DNA of 64,000 bases from Candidatus Omnitrophota bacterium (GTDB taxonomy: Bacteria > Omnitrophota > Gorgyraeia > Zapsychrales > Aceulaceae): the NCBI GenBank assembly GCA_028693815.1, contig JAQUUP010000002.1:74807-138806 (forward strand), given 5' to 3'. Each line of letters begins with the position of its first letter. Positions within the stretch are counted from its first letter, which is position 1. A program made the position numbers and the translations under genes. The notes beneath the pieces are model-generated. The model had not been told where the DNA came from. It was given only the letters and a program-made list of their open reading frames with translations, and did no database searches. Positions 61,125 to 64,000 of the stretch are shown piece after piece.

Positions 61125-61394
61125 AATTAGTATCTAGCATTCTGTATTTAGTGTATAGTATTTAAATGAAGTCAAAATTTATAGAGTGTAAATGATATAA
61201 ATTTTATAACTGAATTCATCTCGTGCCTGAAGGATGTCGAGGTCGAATAAAATTGTTCTTTATAAAAATTTGGTGGATAAAGGAGAAGTGCGTTGGGCTA
61301 ATTTTCGAATTTTCGAGAAAATTGTCTAAGCGTTTTCCTTAATATTCCATCGAGAAGAAACGCGGGGTAGAGCAGCCCGGTAGCTCGTCAGGCT

Positions 61395-62028
61395 CAATAA
61401 TGGATACAAAGCTCAAATCAGACATTGCAGAATCTGCGGTTATTTTGAAGCTCCTCGAAAAAGGGTTTAATGTTCTAAAGCCTTTTGGTGATCGTCTTGC
61501 CTATGATCTTGCTATAGATCAAGAAGGACGATTAATTCGCATTCAAGTTAAAAGTGCATGGTATAGCAAAGATAAGAAAATGCATTTAGTGGATGCAAGG
61601 AGAACAAAAACAAACCGACGCAAAATGATTCGAAAGAAATATTCGAATCAAGATTTTGATTTTGCAATAATCTATCTTAGCGATAAGCAGGTTTTTTATA
61701 TTATGCCTGTAGAGGTTTTTAATAACTATGCTAGTAGCATTAGTTTTGTCGAGGAAGGTAAGCGGCAACGACCTCCAAAGTCAGCTAAATTTAGAGAGAG
61801 ATGGGATTTGTTGTCCTTTTGTGGGCTGCTAGTCCAGTAATGGATTAGTGAAACCTGTCAAATTCGGTGAAACCTTAACTGGCAATACCGAGCCAAGCCT
61901 AGCAGGAATGCTAGGAAGGTGTAGAGACTAGATGGCAGGCATCCTAACTCATCGAGAAGGATGAAGGTATAGTCCAGACCACAAACCTTGACCTAATGTT
62001 AGGGGCGGCGAAAGCCGTAGTTGGCAAG
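61395..62028 (+). mobile_element. Group I self-splicing intron (IC3-like) in the anticodon loop of tRNA-fMet, carrying an ORF.
   Basis: 3' part 61853..62028 contains GUCAAAUUCGGUGAAACCUUAA, CCGAGCCAAGC and GAAGGUGUAGAGACUAGAUGGCAGGCAUCCUAA, near-identical to the core P3-P7 strings of the Azoarcus tRNA-Ile and Anabaena tRNA-Leu introns. Ends in G; upstream exon ends in U. Confidence 0.85.
61400..61840 (+). CDS. Intron-encoded ORF of 146 aa, a putative PD-(D/E)xK homing endonuclease (I-Ssp6803I-like).
   Basis: YDLAID ... RIQVKS nuclease-like motifs. Same host gene as the PD-(D/E)xK homing endonuclease of the cyanobacterial tRNA-fMet intron. Starts 5 nt inside the intron. Confidence 0.55.
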   Translation: MDTKLKSDIAESAVILKLLEKGFNVLKPFGDRLAYDLAIDQEGRLIRIQVKSAWYSKDKKMHLVDARRTKTNRRKMIRKKYSNQDFDFAIIYLSDKQVFYIMPVEVFNNYASSISFVEEGKRQRPPKSAKFRERWDLLSFCGLLVQ

Positions 62029-62075
62029 CATAACCTGAAGGTCGCTGGTTCAAATCCAGTCCCCGCAACCATGTC

Positions 62076-62108
62076 AAAAAGGGTCACCCAAAAGGGTGAC
62101 CCTTTTTG
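62076..62108. terminator. Bidirectional intrinsic terminator aaaaa-gggtcaccc-aaaa-gggtgaccc-ttttt.
   Basis: Perfect 9-bp stem flanked by an A-run and a T-run. Confidence 0.8.
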
Positions 62109-62204
62109 TACATAATTGAGGATGATTTGAACCTCGGCGACCGACACTGTGCCAATAGGCACAGAGAGGAAGTGCCGGGCCAATAGGGCCGGCTTCAAAT
62201 CCAG

Positions 62205-62327
62205 AATAAGTTAGAATAAGTTAAATAAGTTAGACCGTTTCTACTTAATAAGTTAGACCGTTTCTACTTTACCCCTAGCCTTATATTAATAAGTTAGACC
62301 GTTTCTACTTTACCCCTAGCCTTATAT
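62205..62327 (+). repeat. Iteron-like direct repeats. AATAAGTTAG x3 at about 10-nt period, then three copies of AATAAGTTAGACCGTTTCTACTT, the last two extended to a 41-nt unit (...TACCCCTAGCCTTATAT).
   Basis: Copies at 62205, 62215, 62224; 62224..62246, 62247..62287, 62288..62327. Confidence 0.8.
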
Positions 62328-62353
62328 AAACTTACATTAGAAGTGTCCTGTTA

Positions 62354-62382
62354 TTGACACATTCTTTTTCCTCATCTAAAAT
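62354..62382 (+). promoter_or_regulatory. Sigma70 promoter TTGACA-17-TAAAAT placing the TSS at or near the ATG at 62389, so a probable leaderless mRNA. No SD present.
   Basis: Hexamers and spacing read directly. Sequence between the -10 and the ATG is aTACCTCC, which is anti-SD-like. Confidence 0.5.
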
Positions 62383-62388
62383 ACCTCC

Positions 62389-63387
62389 ATGCCCAAGACG
62401 CAAATAATACCTCAAACCTACAAAACCCTCCTAACCCATTTACAAAAACAGCTTAAAATTTCCCAGAATAGTTTCGAGCGACAATTGGTCATTACTTATT
62501 GGAATATCGGCAAAGGCATTGATGTTTATCTAAAAAAGAATCCTCAAAATTATCTCACCGCGCTTACGTGTAAGCTTTCCAAAGATTTGAATATTCACCA
62601 GCGTACTCTTCAGCAGTGCCATCAACTTTTTAGTGTGTTTCCATCGCTTGATTTTAAAATACCGATTAGCTGGTCGCATTACAGGGCTTTGTTGTCTTTA
62701 GACTCTGATAAAAAAAGAGCGTACTGGCAAAAGCGCATTGTTAAAGAAGATATTAATTTTAAAGAATTGCTCGGATTTTTAAAACAAGATAAGCTTGATT
62801 CCAAAACACCTAAAGGCAAATTGGCAAAACCTGTGCGAGGAGTTTTGTATCATTATCGGCTAATGAAAGTCAGCTATGTGGATAAGAGAAAAGCCAGCAT
62901 TGTTGTTGATTGCGGATTTGAGAATCGCATTGTCCCGCCCAAGCATGATGGGCTGCTTGAGAACAAGCGCATTATTGTTTCTTTTAAGGAAAATGATTAC
63001 TACAGGATAAAATACACCAAAGATGTTTTAAAAGATAATCTTTATACTTTTAAGGCGCATGTTGAAAGAGTTGTTGACGGCGATACGCTTGTGTGCAATG
63101 TGGATTGCGGATTTGGGATCTGGTCAAGACAGAAGCTTCGCCTAAAAGGCATCGATGCGCCGGAAATGGATACTGTTATGGGCGTGAAAGCAAAAAGCTT
63201 TGTCGAAGATGTTTTAAGGAATTGTGTTTTTATTATTGTCAAAACATCGAAGTCAGATAAATACGATCGTTATCTCGCGGATATATTTTTTAAGGAAGGC
63301 GAGAGCGATGCAGGCGCTGTAGCAAAGGATGGCGAGTATTTAAATCAGCTCTTGATGGATAAGGGTTTGGCAGAAATTTATAGGTGA
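62389..63387 (+). CDS. Fusion nuclease: DUF1016 (YhcG-type) N-terminal domain plus a duplicated staphylococcal-nuclease (SNase/thermonuclease)-like C-terminal domain.
   Basis: N-terminal QLVITYWNIGKGI (the DUF1016 LVxxYWxIGxxI pattern); C-terminal VVDGDTLVCNVDCGFGIWSRQKLRLKGIDAPE ... DRYLADIF (the SNase DGDT...R...GIDAPE pattern). Confidence 0.55.
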   Translation: MPKTQIIPQTYKTLLTHLQKQLKISQNSFERQLVITYWNIGKGIDVYLKKNPQNYLTALTCKLSKDLNIHQRTLQQCHQLFSVFPSLDFKIPISWSHYRALLSLDSDKKRAYWQKRIVKEDINFKELLGFLKQDKLDSKTPKGKLAKPVRGVLYHYRLMKVSYVDKRKASIVVDCGFENRIVPPKHDGLLENKRIIVSFKENDYYRIKYTKDVLKDNLYTFKAHVERVVDGDTLVCNVDCGFGIWSRQKLRLKGIDAPEMDTVMGVKAKSFVEDVLRNCVFIIVKTSKSDKYDRYLADIFFKEGESDAGAVAKDGEYLNQLLMDKGLAEIYR

Positions 63388-63468
63388 TTTCTTGGGTTTT
63401 TGGCAGAATAAAGAATAAATTTTGTAGAAAAGAAAGGGACAGCCCCTAAAAAGGGACAGAGAGGTAGT

Positions 63469-63536
63469 AGTGGTGTCCCCAAACGGGGACTGTCCCCTTT
63501 TTCGTGGTGTCCCCAAACGGGGACTGTCCCCTTTTT
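63469..63536. terminator. Tandemly duplicated 34-nt intrinsic terminator (gtggtgtccccaaacggggactgtcccctttttc x2).
   Basis: Stem ggggac/gtcccc plus T-run, present as an exact duplicate. Confidence 0.65.
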
Positions 63537-63676
63537 CTTTTTCTTTTTTTCTTTTCCTGCTGACGTTTCTGCGAGATTCCGTGCTCATTGGAGATCGCTA
63601 CCCATGCCATTTTTTAATTCTAAAAGATTTTCTCAAAGTTTTTTGCTATGCTAAAATGTTGAAAAAGGAGAAGGTG

Positions 63677-64000
63677 ATGAAAAAACTGTATTTGTTGTTA
63701 TTTGCGTGTATTTTTATAATTGGCTGTGCGACAAATATGCCTATTGAAAATTATCTATCCGTTAAGAATATTAAGAAGTTCTTAGAAGAGGACATAAAAA
63801 TTAATGAAAGCACAGACGAGGATGTGCGGAAACTATTTGGGGACCCGCAGATTATATCTCGATATGAAGCTTCAAGCGTCGAGAGTGAATTGTCAAAGCT
63901 TCCTTTGCTTGACCAGTTAACAAAGACATTAAAAACTAATGTTGCCCCAGCAACAACTTGGACTTATATTGAGCCGCTTCATGAAAAAAGCGTTCAGGCA
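63677..64000 (+). CDS. Lipoprotein, hypothetical (5' partial; continues beyond the window).
   Basis: Signal peptide with lipobox IIGC. No stop before the window end. Confidence 0.5.
   Translation, partial: MKKLYLLLFACIFIIGCATNMPIENYLSVKNIKKFLEEDIKINESTDEDVRKLFGDPQIISRYEASSVESELSKLPLLDQLTKTLKTNVAPATTWTYIEPLHEKSVQA

Larger units (their letters stand above)
61361..62071 (+). tRNA. Initiator tRNA-fMet (CAU) split by a group I intron. Exon 1 is 61361..61394 (ends at U33), exon 2 is 62029..62071 (includes the CCA).
   Basis: The joined exons give cgcggggtagagcagcccggtagctcgtcaggct|cataacctgaaggtcgctggttcaaatccagtccccgcaacca, close to E. coli tRNAfMet. C1-A72 mismatch and A11:U24 present. Exon junction ambiguous by 2 nt (cat repeated); the U(-1)/omega-G rule picks 61394/62029. 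Confidence 0.85.

Noticed and set aside
61944-62198. Minus-strand 84-aa ORF containing GFEPATF.
   Set aside because: It is the antisense translation of the tRNA-fMet 3' exon and T-arm, the classic GFEP artefact, and it overlaps the terminator.
62113-62200. A possible additional tRNA or tmRNA-like element suggested by ttcaaatcc-like strings (ggatgatttgaacctc, ggcttcaaatccag).
   Set aside because: Neither strand folds into a cloverleaf; T-stem partners and acceptor pairing are absent.
62205-62327. Direct-repeat array considered as a CRISPR array.
   Set aside because: The repeats are contiguous with no unique spacers, are AT-rich, have irregular unit lengths, and no cas genes are present.

Overview
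This 64 kb window is from a low-GC bacterium, almost certainly diderm given BamD-like, LptE-like, Lnt, LpxL-like and MurJ. It is densely coding, mostly on the + strand. The window opens with a giant 2093-aa ORF carrying internal tandem repeats, followed by a SAM-methyltransferase-domain protein and an AdoMetDC-like gene. Recognised core genes are corA, leuS, an EndoQ-like PHP nuclease, comEA, comEC, bamD-like, lptE-like, a short holA-like ORF, rpsT, murJ, a short uvrC, an ogt interrupted by an in-frame TAG, pilT, prfB, secA, lnt, a stand-alone REC protein, lpxL-like, a CaCA exchanger, the H+-PPase hppA, an SNF transporter, tRNA-Phe, tRNA-Thr, purN, an M16 peptidase, a CPA antiporter, fur with a near-perfect Fur box, ftsH, eno and ftsB-like. 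Three stretches stand out. (1) At 61361..62071 the initiator tRNA-fMet gene is split by a 634-nt group I intron whose core resembles the Azoarcus/Anabaena tRNA introns and which encodes a 146-aa PD-(D/E)xK-like ORF. Immediately downstream, behind an iteron-like array and an apparently leaderless promoter, sits a DUF1016–SNase-like fusion nuclease. (2) A 5'-leader element recurs at seven copies before unrelated genes (secA x2, the REC protein, a small membrane protein with CaCA, the DUF5320-like gene x2, a NifX-like gene). Each copy is a GC-rich hairpin, then GGRTAAATTC, then a second hairpin with a conserved TTACG/CGTAA stem top and TTCRC...GYTCC loop, then a TCATTTAAAGGAGG ribosome-binding site. 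(3) The ~9 kb cluster at 47313..56561 looks like an uncharacterised metallocluster/cofactor-handling module: a DUF5320-like Gly/Arg-repeat protein, two Nitro_FeMo-Co (NifX-like) proteins, a methyltransferase, two MinD-type ATPases with inserted 4Fe-4S domains, a small Cys-rich protein, DUF364-like, TauE/SafE, DUF89, a ferredoxin, an MBL hydrolase, a TetR with its operator, and a B12-binding radical SAM enzyme. No CRISPR array and no rRNA are present.
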